A stretch of DNA of 64,000 nt from Octopus vulgaris (GCA_951406725.2 OX597814.1:103788001-103852000), one strand, 5' to 3'; numbered from the stretch's first letter, positions 26,340-40,981 are shown. Numbers and translations are program-made. The notes: a model not told the origin generated them from the sequence alone.

Positions 26340-27696
26340 TTACATATGTATATATGTATTGATATTTGTAATTGTCAGTCCTTCACTATAGAATCGACGC
26401 CAGTTAGCTGCGTAAATCCTCCAATATTACATAAAGCAATTAAACCATAAACCAATGAATATAGTAATTAAGAGCTAAGGCGTTACACGTGTGTATCTTC
26501 TTGCTCTCTAAAACCGATGACAACTATCGTTGAGGTTGCTCATTGTTCCAGTCAAAAGTTTCTTTTGGAAAAACAAAGAAAGAGAAGATATTTCATGGAA
26601 TGGGGAGGGATTCTAAGTAGAGAAGTGTGAATGACTGTTGAAGCAATAATGAAAGAACTGAAAAGGAAAGAAATAACATACAACGAATTTGCTTGAAACC
26701 CATGTAAAAACTGCTACAAACAACACATCAACACATCCCCGGGTTTCGTAATATTAGCAAGATTAAAGACATCTTCTCTTATAAACCGGCTGCGAAAAGT
26801 AGATTCACACTACTTTCTGTGAATTGGATCATCGTTAGCGGAGCATAATCTTACGATCACAATAGACGATCTTGCAATATATGTGCCGCAGAAACATGCG
26901 AAATATTATTGTTTTCTTTATCAAACAACCGGAACGCTATATATGCGCGCGTGCGTATTTGTTTGTGCGTGTGAGTGAGCAGTTCGTGTATATATATATA
27001 TACATATGCGTACATGTGTGTGCGTATTTGTTTGAGTGTGTGAGTGAGCAGTACGTGTGTATATAGTAGTGTATATATATATAAACACATATATGTGCAT
27101 GTGTGTGTGTGTATATCTTCCATCCAGCATGCATCTACAACGTCTATACACCACGTTCATTATTCACATCTCTGTTAGTAACACAAGTAATATAAATATT
27201 TCAATTTTATTTTTATTATTTAGAATTCTTAATAGCATCATAAGATTTATCTTTTTTAAGTCGTGTACATCATTTAATGTTATTCTTAATTTAATATTTG
27301 TTCAATACCATTACGGCAGCAATTTCTTATCTTTTAAGTTTCGTAAGTCGCTATCCTGCTTAAAACAGTACATGCAGTTCTTTTAACGGTGAAAGAAAAA
27401 ATTCTATGAAATCTGACATTGTAGGAAACACGAACCATTGATTAGGAAATCACAAATCGTGATTAACAAAATTTATTACACCAGCTTGGCTTCCTCTCTC
27501 TCTTTATCTCTTTCCTTCTTTCATTCTTCGTTTTTTCGTATTTTCTTTCCTTGCCTATTTTTTCATCATTATTTGTGTTGTCTTCGAACTTCTCTAATAA
27601 TAAGAACCAACCCTACACACCCTTTTCTCTTCTTTTGACAATAAATTCCTCTCACGCTTGATAGCATCTCATTTATGGACACAGAGAATGATGAAG

Positions 27697-27905
27697 GTGG
27701 CCAAGTGGTTTGGGTGTTGCACTCACGATCACGAGATCGTGGATTCGATTCGATTCCAGACCAGGGCGGCGCGTTATGACCTTGAGCAAAACACTTCATT
27801 TCCCATTTCTCTGCGGGTGGGACAGTGGCAGAATCGTTGGCACGTCGGCAGAGATGCTTTACGGTATACCTTCCAACTCTCTACATTCTGAGTTCAAATC
27901 CCACC
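27697..27905 (+). mobile_element. SINE family C head followed by family B head fragment
   Basis: GTGGCCAAGTGG..GATTCGATTCC..CCTTGAGCAAAACACTT, then TGGCAGAATCGTT..GAGTTCAAATCC. Confidence 0.7.
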
Positions 27906-27909
27906 TACC

Positions 27910-28085
27910 TGGAAAAAGCAACGGGAAACCACTCTAGTATTCATCCTCAGTCTAGTCATGTTAGCTAAAGTTCCAGTCACCCGCATAACGGCTGCATGGG
28001 AGGGTACAGGCCCTCCCAGGTCGTATAGAGATTGCTGGAGGCAGTTCACATGCACTGGGGCTGCCCAAGAGCAGACCACCACTAG
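27910..28085 (+). mobile_element. RTE-related UTR/tail fragment
   Basis: GGAAAAAGCAACGGGAAACCACTCTAGTATT resembles the RTE/BovB-type GGCAAxCCACTCCAGTATT motif; hairpin TGGGAGGG..CCCTCCCA. Confidence 0.4.
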
Positions 28086-28460
28086 AAGATATATATATAT
28101 ATATATAACAAAGTGGAGTTGTGGGGTACCGCACGAGTGGAATTATATACGAAAGAAGGTTTGAAAATGCAATTTAAAAGATGTTTATTTACTTTACCGG
28201 TTTCACTCTTTGGAAAAAGATTGTCAAAAGTAACATGTGGAAGTTTGGTTGCGTTAATTATTGGTTGTTGCAAATTATGCATGTATGTATGTATGTGTGT
28301 GTGTTGCCCGAAACCGTTATGACTTCAGCTATTTGATTGAGGAAAGAAGGCCACGATTGACCCGTCTTTTTTTTTTGCCTGTCCAAATTGTTTTCTCCTG
28401 TCTGCCTTTGTATCGTCTACCTGTCCGATGTTTTATTGTCTTTTATTGCGTTTTTGTTCC

Positions 28461-28544
<84 letters not shown>

Positions 28545-28706
28545 TGTGTGTGTATGTGTGTGTGTGTACACCCCCACGATACATGTTTATTAATGTTGCC
28601 TGTTTGATGTCTAGTTATATATAAACACAGTCAGATGATAAATTGAACGATCACTAATGCCTTTAGAGGAATATAAAATTTATTTTATTTTTACAAGAAA
28701 GAAGTT

Positions 28707-28742
28707 GGCTCTTCGACGTTTCGGCTTGGTGGCCTTCATCAA
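28707..28742 (-). ncRNA. partial minimal hammerhead motif
   Basis: UUGAUGA-A-GGC-CACCAA-GCC-GAAA-CG-UC-GAAGAG; 5' strand of stem I not retained. Confidence 0.5.
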
Positions 28743-30226
28743 ATTGTAAATGACTTTACTTCTTTATTTCACAGGCTTGTCATGGTTGGGTTTTAAATTG
28801 ACCTGTGAACCTACGAAGAAGAGTTTGAATAGTAATGTGTGTATACATCAGTGTGTGTAAGTGTGCATGTGTGTATATACGTTATTGTGTACATATGCGT
28901 ATCTACATCATCGCGTGTAATGTAGATATGTATGTATAAAGGCGGTATCGTTCTTTTTCGTCTTATTTTTGACCAGACTGGTCACGCTGGCCTCGGCTCC
29001 TGCTACGTCCGTTCTGTCCTCTAGGAGTTTATTTCCTCTTTGCGCAACCTCACTCAGTTATTTTGTCAGCTGCAGAGCTCTTTCTGTTGTATTTGTGGTA
29101 TATGTATAATTATTATCTTTTCTTCGATTGTGTATAGCCGTAAGGCTTCATGCTGTGGAATTGGGTAGAGGTGGGTGAACAGGTCATAGGTCTTGGGCAC
29201 TAGGTGGGTAAAGCGAATTAAAGATTAAAGTATATTCTGCATTGACCCCCTTTAGCCACTTCTCCTTCCGCATCGACCACCCTCCTCATTTAAAATATTT
29301 TAATACCCTACCATATCTTAAACGCGTACCGGGTACTGAGGCTGGCAATTAAAAATGTTAGCTAAAATATACTTGTATGACAAATTAAGAAATTCTATTG
29401 AAGATGACACTTTTTATATTTAAAACTACGTGTCCGAATATGCAGTATTAAACTTGCAATTTCTATGAAATTGTTTTCACTGTTAGAAAATGTGAAAAAC
29501 GCATCGTATTGTTGGAATATCTTTTATTGAAATTGACAACATCAGTGTGAGGGATGGGCATGGCGCTGACTAAGCATTTCAAGCAGCTCATCTGGATGAG
29601 CTGGTCTTTCGCACGCCGACCCCCATCGGTCCCCTGTAATTCCTCACAGACCCCTAGGGGCTTCCTTGGACCTCCTTTCGCGTCCTCTCTTCTAGGTGGA
29701 GGATTATAAAACATTGGGATACTCGCATGGGTAAAACCTCGAACAAAGCTGCGTAGGAATGTCTCCCTTGGATAAATATGTGCTGCAACTGAACCGACCA
29801 AATGCATACAAATATTACATCAAAGGATAATTAAGATATTTAGCCACGAGAAACACGCGTCAGATTGGAATTTAATGAGAATTTAATGAGATTAATAAAG
29901 AAATTTTCAAAATGCATAATTTTCCATCTTTCTTTATGATGTCGTCTTCATTGTATTCTCTGCATGTTCTCTGGTATGCTACATGAAATCCAGGGAACTC
30001 AAGATTTACCAGTTGAGTGAAGGACCGTGTAATTGTTTATCTGAAACAATTCTGTATATTCCCTATCGTTCGATGTGGTTGGCCAGATCTGGATTATGTC
30101 AGACTGCTAATGAGGTAGCTGCCCGGATTCCAAATCCCTATTGCTTTACGCTTACACACACACACACACACACAGAACTAGTCACAGCGAGAGACAAGCA
30201 CAGAGAGAAAGACACAGAGAAAGAGA

Positions 30227-30265
<39 letters not shown>

Positions 30266-30284
30266 ACACACACACACACACACC

Positions 30285-30359
<75 letters not shown>

Positions 30360-30764
30360 TTAGATATGACGGTCAAATCTGGTGAGTCATGTTGAGTAAT
30401 TTGTTAAGATAAAGTGTGTGATTATTAGGGCGTCGTGTGGAGATGGGAAGTTGACTGGCAAAGATCTGATTATTTGTCAGTGACAAGTAGATTGTTGGAG
30501 AAGAAGAGGTGAGCTTAAACAATTGACTCTCACTCCAAGCTTATCTTCTCTTTACTCTCAAACGTCCGTTCGAAGTTTTAAGTTTCCCCTTCACTTATTC
30601 TGACTCATAGTTTCCTTTAGAAAAACATTTACGGTCTCGCGTCGTTAAGAAAAGGTCTCACATACGTAATAAAGAGAGGGAAAAAAAACTTGGAAGATTT
30701 TCAGGTCACTGTATTTACATGTTTGTGTGACTATTATAATTGTATCTAATGTATGGAACACGCA

Positions 30765-31168
30765 AAGGCAGCGAGCTGGCAGAATCGTTAGCAGGCCGGA
30801 CAAAATGCTTGGCGGCGTTTAGTCTGCCGTTACGTTCTGAGTTCAAATTCCACCGAGGTCGACTTCGCCTTTCATCCTTTCGGAGTCGATAAATTAAGTA
30901 CCACTTACGCACTGGGGTCGATGTAATCGACTTAATCGCTTTGTCTGTCCTTGTTTGTCCCCTCTGTGTTTAGCCCCTTGTGGGCAATAAAGAAATAAGA
31001 ATCGTTAGCACGCCGGGCAAATGCTTGGCGGCGTTTAGTCCATCTTTACGTCATGAGTTCAAATTCCGCCGAGGTAGCCTTCATCTTTTTGGGGGTTGAT
31101 ATAATAAGTAGCACTGGGTCGATCATCCCTCGAAATTGCTACCCTTGTACCAAAATCTGAAACCCATT
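30765..31168 (+). mobile_element. two tandem SINE family B copies
   Basis: 30765-30998 full length, 30999-31168 internally deleted. Confidence 0.88.
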
Positions 31169-33372
31169 TATGGAACACACGGCCCGGGTTTTTTTTTTTC
31201 CTCGGTGATATTTTTGAAAGATATACACTGAGGACAGAAAAGAAGGGAAATGAGAAAAGGGAGTCAATCGATAAATTATTGGGAACGTCTGTGCTGCAAT
31301 TCATCGATAGATAACTGCTGTTGATGACTGGATAACTAGATAGATTGATAGCAACCTTGTGCGCAATTGTTAGAGTATGAATCGAAGGGTTGACCGTTCG
31401 TATCTTATAAACACTTGCTATTTAAGATAAAACTTAGTTCAAATAGACAGAGAAACGCTCATGATGTTTGTGGGTTCTTTCAGGCTTGTGGAGTTGTGTT
31501 CCAAGAGCCTGTCCGTCGTGTTTAATGCCTGGTTCCTGTTGAATGAGATTTCGTTTGTAATACGTCTGTTGCAGGATTTTTCGAAGACTTTTTAACTTTA
31601 TACCTCATTTACAACGGGTTTAACTATGTCTGTGCGTCCCTGTAGACTTCGTGCATTTTTCTGAATTTAGTTGTCTCGAAGAATCGACAATTTACATCTG
31701 CAGACGCAGCAACTGAAGAATCGCATCCATGAGTTCAATTCCGGCATCAGGCAAAGCTCTCTTCACAGTTATTTTTTCATTTGTTAACAAAAGGAAATCA
31801 AAATATCGCTGATATAAAGGGTCAGTTGTGTGGCTGTTGTTGTTTAGCTTTAGGTCAGTGTTAAGAGAACAGATTTATAATCAAAAACATTTCGGCTTTG
31901 ACCAGCTCATCTTTTTGTATATCCACGACTAGATAATCCGAAGTACTTCCGTTTTTAGGCGATAGGGTGCAATTTTCGGAATATTTGGCTATTATATCTA
32001 ACAGATCAAGTGACCACGTAGAGGATACCTGGTTTAGAAGGTATCCTGATATGAAGTCGTATCTCTGTAAGGGGCACAGTGGGAGGCCAGTGTACAATAT
32101 TATCCTGCTACCACATCACCACTCATGTGGGGTGGAGGGAGAAAGAATGAGAGAGAAAGAGAGGGAGAGACTTTAGGAATAAATTTTCAAAAATAAATGA
32201 AAGAGTAATAAGAATACGAGTCATTCATGCATTTTTCATTTAGCCGTTAATGAAGATCTGTTTTTGTTAGTTTACAGTGGCGGAGGGAAATCCTTCCCTG
32301 TGTTAAGCTTGGCATAGACTGACGTTTCTATCGAGAGAAAGGTGGGAAGAGAAAGACAGGAGAAAAGAGGAGAGAGTAAGAGAAGGGAGAGAAAGGGAAG
32401 AGAAAAAAAGGCGAGAGAGAGAGAGAAAGAGACAGAGAGATGAGTTTTTAAGCTGTAGCAGGGATTCGATACCAAACCGCTATATACTCGGTCAGCCACC
32501 TCGTGTGAACCACCAGTTTCGTGTGATCCATCTATGAATTGATAAATCAGCCTGAGGTTGTGGTGTGATGTGGTTCCCTCAAATATTCTAAAATTTGATT
32601 TCTTATCCCCTACAAAAAAAAAACCGTTTGGCGCATAACTTATAGGCAGATAACCCTTAGGCCGCTGACGCCTCAGATCTCCTCGGGGATTTGCGCAGAT
32701 GACTTCATGCATTTTTGAACTGGCAGCATGATGTCACACAGTTAAATGTTTATAATATCAAAGCAATTTTCCTCTTTTCTCATTCGACAGTTATTAATGT
32801 TGCTCACTATAATTCGCCAACACCAAATATCTTTATGTCCGACAATAAATATTACAGATAAATGCTCTTCAGTTTACTTCAGTTAGTATTCACGCAGCCA
32901 GCGAAAGATGTCTTCGTTGATCATCTCAACCCAGGCGACAGCAAAATGTCTTGCGAAAAAGTGTTTAACATCCTAACATGTCGATTGAAGTCTGGTAAAC
33001 CGTTCTGGTGGAAAAGAGCTGGAAGACTTTGCTTAAATTGAAATAAATACAACGTCAGCCATCTTACTATCCACCCACCTTCAGCAATCTGCACCCCACA
33101 CTCGATGAAGACCGTCAACCACGAAATAATAAAAGGGAAGCCGTAGAATTCTTGCGGAATTCAACGGCAATCGAAACTTAACCAAGTCTTCATGCGATGA
33201 GATTTACTCGTCATGGCCGAGGAATTTACTGAAATATTGGTGGAGGTTCTATGTATGAAAACTAACGTTAAAATTGTATGGAATAGGCTATCGCTTACAT
33301 ACACACACATGCGCACACACGGACACAGACAGACAAACAGACAGAGAGACACACATTTCTAATTATACCTAG

Positions 33373-33506
33373 ATTCAATGAGGTGGCCATTGAGGAAGTC
33401 TTTTCCGTGACATCCCCTGCCTTCGTCAATGCGGGATCTGTTGAGGTCAGATACAATAAACCAACTGTCCACAACAGGTTTGAATTGATGCGTTCTGAGC
33501 AAGAAG
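33373..33506 (+). CDS. candidate internal exon, unknown protein
   Basis: TTCTAAT branch-like motif and CTAG acceptor, AAG|GTAAAC donor, open frame FNEVAIEEVFSVTSPAFVNAGSVEVRYNKPTVHNRFELMRSEQE; no homology recognised. Confidence 0.25.
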
Positions 33507-33990
33507 GTAAACACCTCGTTTACTCGGCCATTCCACATACGTGAAATGAATAAAGAATTATTTCAACAAGGAACAACATAAAAGAGATCGAAGCTGTCTC
33601 GGTTGTGATTGATCTGAGGAAGATGAAAGAGAAGACGGTCCGTAAAAGTGATTTGAACTTAGAATCTCGAGACGTGAAAGTGAACAAGTTGGAATATTAA
33701 ATATGTCGACGACTGACATGAGATAAAAATATAATCTTCAAAGTAGGCCTCTGAATTACTTTAAGTGGGGGAGGATGTTGAAAATGATGTCGTTTGTGTC
33801 TATAAATACCGTCAAAGTTATAAAAGTTTTTCGTTTCTTAACATCGGACACAGCAGAGAGATTTTCAAAGAATGTAGTCTTAAAGTGACACAGCGGGTTG
33901 GGGTGGGGAATTAAACAACAACAGTGAATGTAGGTTATATTTTACTCTGACTATACTCTCTCTCTCTCTCTCTCTCTCTCACCCACTCTT

Positions 33991-34025
<35 letters not shown>

Positions 34026-34027
34026 TA

Positions 34028-34099
34028 AAGGAAAATAAGACAAGGTAGAAAATGATTTACTACTGCCCACCTACGAGGCATTCACAAAGGAATAGAAAC

Positions 34100-34144
<45 letters not shown>

Positions 34145-34357
34145 TAGATAGACTGACTATCTGAAGGCTATGGAAATATTTGCCTATTTAAAGACTATGG
34201 AAATATCTACAAAACATTTCACTTAATTTTTTGCTCCAAATTTATTGTTTTCCATATTTTACTCTAAGTTGAAAGAATCTAAAAGGCGGAAACCGGTACT
34301 AAAATGTTCGTCATGATAAAATTATTTTAGTATTTTCTACCTTGTCTTATTTTCCTT
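34028..34357. mobile_element. inverted-repeat element with hammerhead 3' half GAAACCGGTA
   Basis: Perfect 26-bp IR at 34028-34053 and 34332-34357; GAAA-CCGG-TA at 34289-34298. Confidence 0.6.
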
Positions 34358-34426
34358 ATACATATCAACTCGTGTGTTCCTTTTCAACCTTTTTTTTTAT
34401 TTTTGTATGCATATATATATATATAA

Positions 34427-34711
34427 GCTTTTACTTGCTTTAGTCATTGAAACGCGGCCATGCTTGCACACAGCCTTCAAGAATTTTAACCGATTCCAAT
34501 GCTTTTTTAAAGCCTGGTACTTATTCTATTCGTCTCATTTGCTGAACTGCTAAGTTATGGGGATGTAAATACACCAACAACAATTGTGTCTGTACTTGTC
34601 CCCACCGGCGCTTTTGGGGTTGATAAAATAAGTACCATTTGGGTACTGGGGTCGATGTAATCGACTTTTCCCCTCCCCAAATTTCAGGCCTTGTGTCTGT
34701 AATAGAAAGGA

Positions 34712-34712
<1 letters not shown>
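34427..34712. mobile_element. SINE A tail (-) and SINE B 3' half (+)
   Basis: Homology to other copies. Confidence 0.7.
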
Positions 34713-34799
<87 letters not shown>

Positions 34800-34821
34800 C
34801 ATTATTATTATTATTATTATT

Positions 34822-35830
34822 GTTTTACTTCTCAGAGCGCTCGGTCTTGTTTGCTCTGGTTGATTCTGTGAGAGCAGAGGCACTAGCATGTTTTCAAAAG
34901 TCCCACAAGGTCTCTTTCCACACATTATAAGCTTTGATACTTGGTTGTTAATTATCATTCAACATCCAAATACCAATCTCAAAATCCTAGATGTCCCCCA
35001 GTAGAGCGGTTTTTGGAGCCGATTTCTCTGACATATTTCTCGAACTTGGTTGTCAGTTCTCCGAGTGCCCCTACGATTATTGGAACGACAGACTCTCTCC
35101 TCATAATCCACATTCTTGCAATTTTATCTTTTCAATCATCTCTATTTCTTTGTCACTTATGCGTGCATCCACAGGTATTGCAATATCTATGATCTTGGTT
35201 TCTTTTTCCTTGATCTACCACAACAAAATCTGGTCTTCGAGCTTCGATTAGGGAGTCACAGTGGATTGTAAAATTCCACAGTGTTTCATATTCCTTATTC
35301 TCAGTGACTCCTTCTGGCTCATGTTCACACCATTTCCGGACTCTGTCCAGGCTGCACTTTTCACGTAGCATCCAGTAGAAGAACTTAGCCACGTTATTGA
35401 GCATCCTTTTGTGGTGCTTTTAGGCCTGCTTGCCACATTCACTCACAATATGTAACATCGTTTCGTTTCTGCTGCCACACCTCCTACAAATGGGGAGATT
35501 TGCTGCTCTTATCTATTGCGTAATTAGTTCTCAGAACTTGTTCCTGGGCGTTGCATATCAATGCCTCAGTGCATCCTTTCAGATCACTTTTCCTCAGCCT
35601 TCACCAAGAGTTGATCTTGTTTTCATCCTTCGATTTCTCTGAGGTATTACTCGTGCAGTGATTTCATTTTCAAATTGTTTAATCTTTCTTCTTCATTTTG
35701 TTTCTTAAATGTTTGTGGTTTCATCACATTTTCCGTAGGTATTGTAGTGTTAATTCTAACAGCAGCAAGCAAGGATTGACTCTGCTGTTTGATGTATCAT
35801 CCTAGACTGATCTTCTCGTTGACAACACAA
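34822..35830 (-). mobile_element. R4/Dong-like LINE fragment, decayed
   Basis: NNVAKFFYWML..WCEHEPEGVTENKEYETLWNFTIHCDSLIEARRPDFVVVD; (TAA)n flanks. Confidence 0.85.
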
Positions 35831-35847
35831 TTATTATTATTATTATA

Positions 35848-35906
<59 letters not shown>

Positions 35907-35913
35907 CATCATC

Positions 35914-35981
<68 letters not shown>

Positions 35982-35987
35982 CATTAT

Positions 35988-36615
35988 TTATTGTCTTTGC
36001 ACAGCCCCTATCGCTGGAGATGTACTACGGTGCCAGCTGTTCACTACTAGTGATCTAAGGCAACACCCCTTATTTTTCGAGCACCATCCGGTTCCAAGCA
36101 GTGTTGCTTTCTGCCAGTGCTCTACCCTTATTGCAGCCCCTATTTGTTCCATGTACTTCTCAAAATTTTTACTCACGACTTTTCTTTCTTCCTTATCGCA
36201 TACCTTGTTGTCAGTTGGGCATGCTATATCTATGATCCAGCATCGTTTGCTTTCTTTCTTAATTAAAACTATGCCTGGTTTCCTATTCTCTATCTCATGG
36301 TCGCACAGAATCATAAAATCCCATAGGATCATTGCATTATCATTTTCAGGTTTGTGGCCGTACCAATTTTTTGCTCTGTCAAGTCCATACTTGTTGCAAA
36401 GTGTACAATGGACAAGCTGGACAATATTGTTGGGGCGTCTATTAAATCCCGTCTGGGCTAGTGGCATACATTGGCTGGTAATATGCCATACGGTTTCACC
36501 GTTTTGTCCACAGATTCTGCACTTATCACTTTCTGCTGTGTTGTCTATTCTGTATTTTATGTAGTTTGTTCTTAGTGCTTACTCTTGAGCAGCACAGATT
36601 AGAGCCTCCGTTTCA
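35988..36615 (-). mobile_element. R4/Dong-like LINE 3' fragment
   Basis: Zinc knuckle CRICGQNGETVWHI..C and ILWDFMILCDHEIENRKPGIVLI..WIIDIACP; same family as 51565-52672. Confidence 0.88.
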
Positions 36616-37038
36616 TATTTTATTTTTTAATCGTCATAACCACCATCATCATCATCATCAGCAGCAGCAGCAGCTGTTCAAGAATTTGGACCTGGAGATC
36701 TCCATTTTCAGATTTTCAGCGACTCCGAGGGCCACATCCCAGTGGTGTCGGGCATCAACGAAGAGCCCTCGACTACAACAAAACGACCAAAGTTTTTTTT
36801 TTTCCAAGGTCTGGGGTCTCCCGCCCCTAAGCCCTAGACCATCACTTAATCACTCTTACCCGTCTTGTTGCTTAACAACAACAACAACATCTAAGACAAA
36901 TGATGTTAAACAAAACGAGAGATACACACATGTGCACAAATACACACGTATTCATACACGCACACACACACAACACACACGTACACACACACACACACAC
37001 GCACACACATACACACACACACATATATACACGCCTGA

Positions 37039-37071
<33 letters not shown>

Positions 37072-37086
37072 TGTATGTATGCATGC

Positions 37087-37131
<45 letters not shown>

Positions 37132-37192
37132 CACACCTGAATATATGTATATATGTATATATTTATGTGTGTGTGTATATATATATATATAT

Positions 37193-37234
<42 letters not shown>

Positions 37235-37286
37235 GCATGTAGGCATGAGACATGCATAATGAGTGTATGTGCCAGTTTGTTTTATA

Positions 37287-37317
<31 letters not shown>

Positions 37318-37635
37318 ACACCTCCTCAATGAATAATGACTCCTCACCAAGTGACTCTTTCTCTTATTTACTATAAAATGACGTCTTCAAGTTCCAGTTT
37401 GTCTTCGTTGTTGGTGATTTATACTTCGAACGAAGATCAAACCCTCAGCCGCTGTCTCGGCCACATTCCATTATCAACAGGAAGATCAAAGGCGCTGAGG
37501 CACCGTGTGTGGTTGTGGTGTATGTGTGTGCGTGTTGCGGTGCAGTTCGAGTGTTTACAGATATATAAGAATGTCTATTTGACTGGGTGTTTGATATAAA
37601 GTGATATAGAGGAGCACATCAGATACATACACATA

Positions 37636-37732
<97 letters not shown>

Positions 37733-37976
37733 TTGTGTGTATATATGTATGTACGTATGTATGTATACATACGTACATACTGGGATACCCATGTACATAT
37801 ATGCATGCACACGCGTACAAAGAGACAATCATGCATTCATGCATGCACACATACACACTCATGTATACGTACATACATACATACATACATACATACATAC
37901 ATACATACATACATACATACATACATACGCGCACATATAATACAAACACACATACACACGCCCACACTCATATATA

Positions 37977-38780
37977 CTAGCCTCAGTACCCGGCGTTTCT
38001 CGGAAGTGTAAAGAATGTTAAAGGAAATAAATATATTCTGATAAAAAAATATATTTTCAGAAAAATTCTCTCAGATGACGTGAGTATAAACAAAGTTATT
38101 AAAACAAATCCTGAAATCAATCACAGTTTATTTTTGTAGAACCTCTAAATATACAATGTTTTCCGTGTGTCCTTTAATTGGGGTTGAACTTCCAACTCGC
38201 GAACATCCTATATATAATTGCCCATGAAAGAAGCAAGGAAAAGCAAGGTTGGGTCGAATGACTTTGAGAGATTGTCCTTGAGACCTGTTTATTGACATAG
38301 CAAGATTTAGTTTCACTGGGAACTGGAGCCGTTTAAATTCAAAGGGGAGGTCAGATGGGATTAACGAGATCCATGGAATGAAGACATCCTCACCCTTATA
38401 TTTCCCAGTGAAGGGACATGGGGTTGCATCGCTTTCACCACTAGTCTGGGGCCATTGAACAGACGAAGTGGATCCAGATTTCTGAGCAGCATGAATGGGG
38501 CCCCTTTTTTTTAAGTGTTTAGTTGTGAGGTGGCATCCTAGATGGCCGTAGAGAGTTCAGGAAATCAGTTGGGAAAACTACAGCTTGGTCCTGATCAATG
38601 ACAGTGTAGAGGGATTTGAAAGACTGTCCTTGTCCTGGCAACATCTGCAAGAGATCCCAATTGATTTTGTCGCTCACATAGCCATTGACTGTTGTTAAAA
38701 TCTTGTTACAATGTTTGGAAACACATGCATTTTGAGATCATTGACAGTTTGGTATCATCTCACCACAGGGTAGCTTGTGT
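37977..38780 (-). mobile_element. Helitron 3' end with PIF1-type helicase C-terminal pseudogene
   Basis: LPFEFKRLQFPVKLNLAMSINRSQGQSLK..CFFHGQLYIGCSRVG..TENIVYLEVL; hairpin CCGAGAAACGCCGGG and terminal CTAG|T at 37977-37980. Confidence 0.9.
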
Positions 38781-39379
38781 TGCTGTTGCAATTCTCCATA
38801 TAAATGACAGCAAAGTGTGTATCAAATGAAATTAAAATCCTGGTTCAGTGACAGAGCGATCAAGTTAGTAAAGTTTTGGTAACATCATATTCTATCTTTT
38901 AATAATTAAATATTGAAAAAGAGAGAAAATGCTACCCTCTCTTTTACAAGAGAAGTTTATTTTGACGGTAAGGACTAAACCCCTTGTTTCATTATCACAA
39001 TTAAAAAACGTTTATCTTTACTTTAAAAAAAAAAGAGGTGGGGGCCGTAAACATGCAACGGAGAATTATTCAATATCGTCTTTGCTTCTATCAGAATCGT
39101 TTACCATTAAAGTGAAAAAATGAAACCGATTCATATGAGAGGTATGTAGAACATATTTCTCTTTACTTTCTCTGTTCATTCGCATAAGCTGTAAAAACTG
39201 TTGCGCATATGCGCACACAAACACAGAAAAATTTCCGGACATTTAGCTGTTATTTTTAGCAGTTCATTTTCAGTTTTAGACAACGGGATGGGGTGGCCGG
39301 GGGTATGTTGCCCGGAAGCTTGAAGAAGACAGTAGAATTGACACGAAGCGCAGCCGCTGTTAGACACAAGACCACTACA

Positions 39380-39503
39380 TCACATCACACTTTGAAGGCA
39401 ATGCATTTGCAATCCAGGAACAGGAGATTGCCACAAAGTACCTGGTGAACAAAAGAGACAGTGACGCTCTTATAATCCCGAGGTGCAACCGCATGTGTAG
39501 GCT

Positions 39504-39506
<3 letters not shown>
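39380..39506 (+). pseudogene. REL-type LINE fragment (pre-zinc-knuckle)
   Basis: TSHFEGNAFAIQEQEIATKYLVNKRD..CNRMCRL. Confidence 0.65.
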
Positions 39507-39547
<41 letters not shown>

Positions 39548-39739
39548 CATACATACAATTTAAAAATGGGATAAAATCTTTATAAGAAATTATCAAGTAG
39601 TTAGCGTGAAAAAACCTCATAAGAGAAAAATTTATTAATTCAATTTATTAATTATTCCCTTTAAATATATTTGTTTATATTAAAGGCATTACTATACATA
39701 AATGCTTCACGCTAGGAGGGGCTCTTAATTGGTCGACCC

Positions 39740-40182
39740 GAAGCTATCGCAAAAGACTCTTGCCCAAGGTGCCATACAATGGCACGGAATACAGAACCAT
39801 GTGGCTGGAAAGCGAACGTCTTACCACACAGCCACACCTGTAGATATGCATTCTTCTATTCTTTTGTGTGTTTCAGTCATTTGACTGCGGCCATGCTGGA
39901 GCAGCGCCTTTAGTCGAACAAATCGATCCCAGGACTTATTCTTTGTTAGCCTAGTACTTGTTCTATCGGTCACTTTTGCCGAACCGCTGGTTACAGGGAC
40001 GTAAACACACCAACATCACATATACGACGGGCTTCTTTCAGTTTCCGTCTACCAAATCCACTCACAAGGCTTTGGTCGGCCCTAGGCTATAGTAGAAGAC
40101 ATTTGCCCAAAGTACCACGCAGTGGGACTGAACCCGGAACCACGTTGCTGGCAAGCAAGCTACTTACCACACAGCCACTCCT
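39740..40182 (-). mobile_element. SINE family A, near-full copy (39852-40182) plus a head fragment (39740-39840)
   Basis: Reverse complement of 4334-4737. Confidence 0.88.
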
Positions 40183-40603
40183 TTTTAAATGGTTTTGATG
40201 TCTCTTCTGCTATGAAATGATTGCATAAGAAAGAGAAGTAAAAATACACTGTGGTTAAATGACTTGCAGGGATCATGTGGGCAAATTAATTAATTAATTA
40301 ATTAATTATTTAATTCTGTATAAGAAAATATTGCCACTTTTGTTCTAAAGCAATTTCCCAGTGAAATAACCCCCCAGGGAGAACGTGCAAAGCGAAAAGG
40401 CGAAAAATCGAAATTTTCGTCAAGTTTTTTGTCGATCACATCAAGTTTACAGTAACCGATTACTATGTTTTGGGCATCGATTGATATATATATATGTATA
40501 TGTATATGTGTGTGGTGGGGGGATGCGCGCACAAGCATACAAACACACATACTTCCTACGCGTATATATTTATAAGTGTGAGCTGGTGTATTTGTGTGTG
40601 TGT

Positions 40604-40694
<91 letters not shown>

Positions 40695-40923
40695 CTGTTT
40701 ATAATAATTTGAAATCTGCCTCTGTGGAAGGAGCGGCTTTTTTATCAAAGATACAAAGCTCCATCGTTAGCATGTCGGTAACGAAAGTAAAGTCGCATAA
40801 TTTTACTGTTCCGCTTACAGATTGTAACTGTGTGAATCTGTTGGCTGATTTCTTCTGAAAACCCTTGCTTATCCAGATTGTCACTTAGGCATTTACTCAC
40901 GAATCCAAGCGCACCAATAATTA

Positions 40924-40981
<58 letters not shown>

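Noticed and set aside
36566-37336. 256-aa ORF
   Set aside because: Chimera of LINE antisense sequence, a short unclassified repeat and microsatellites
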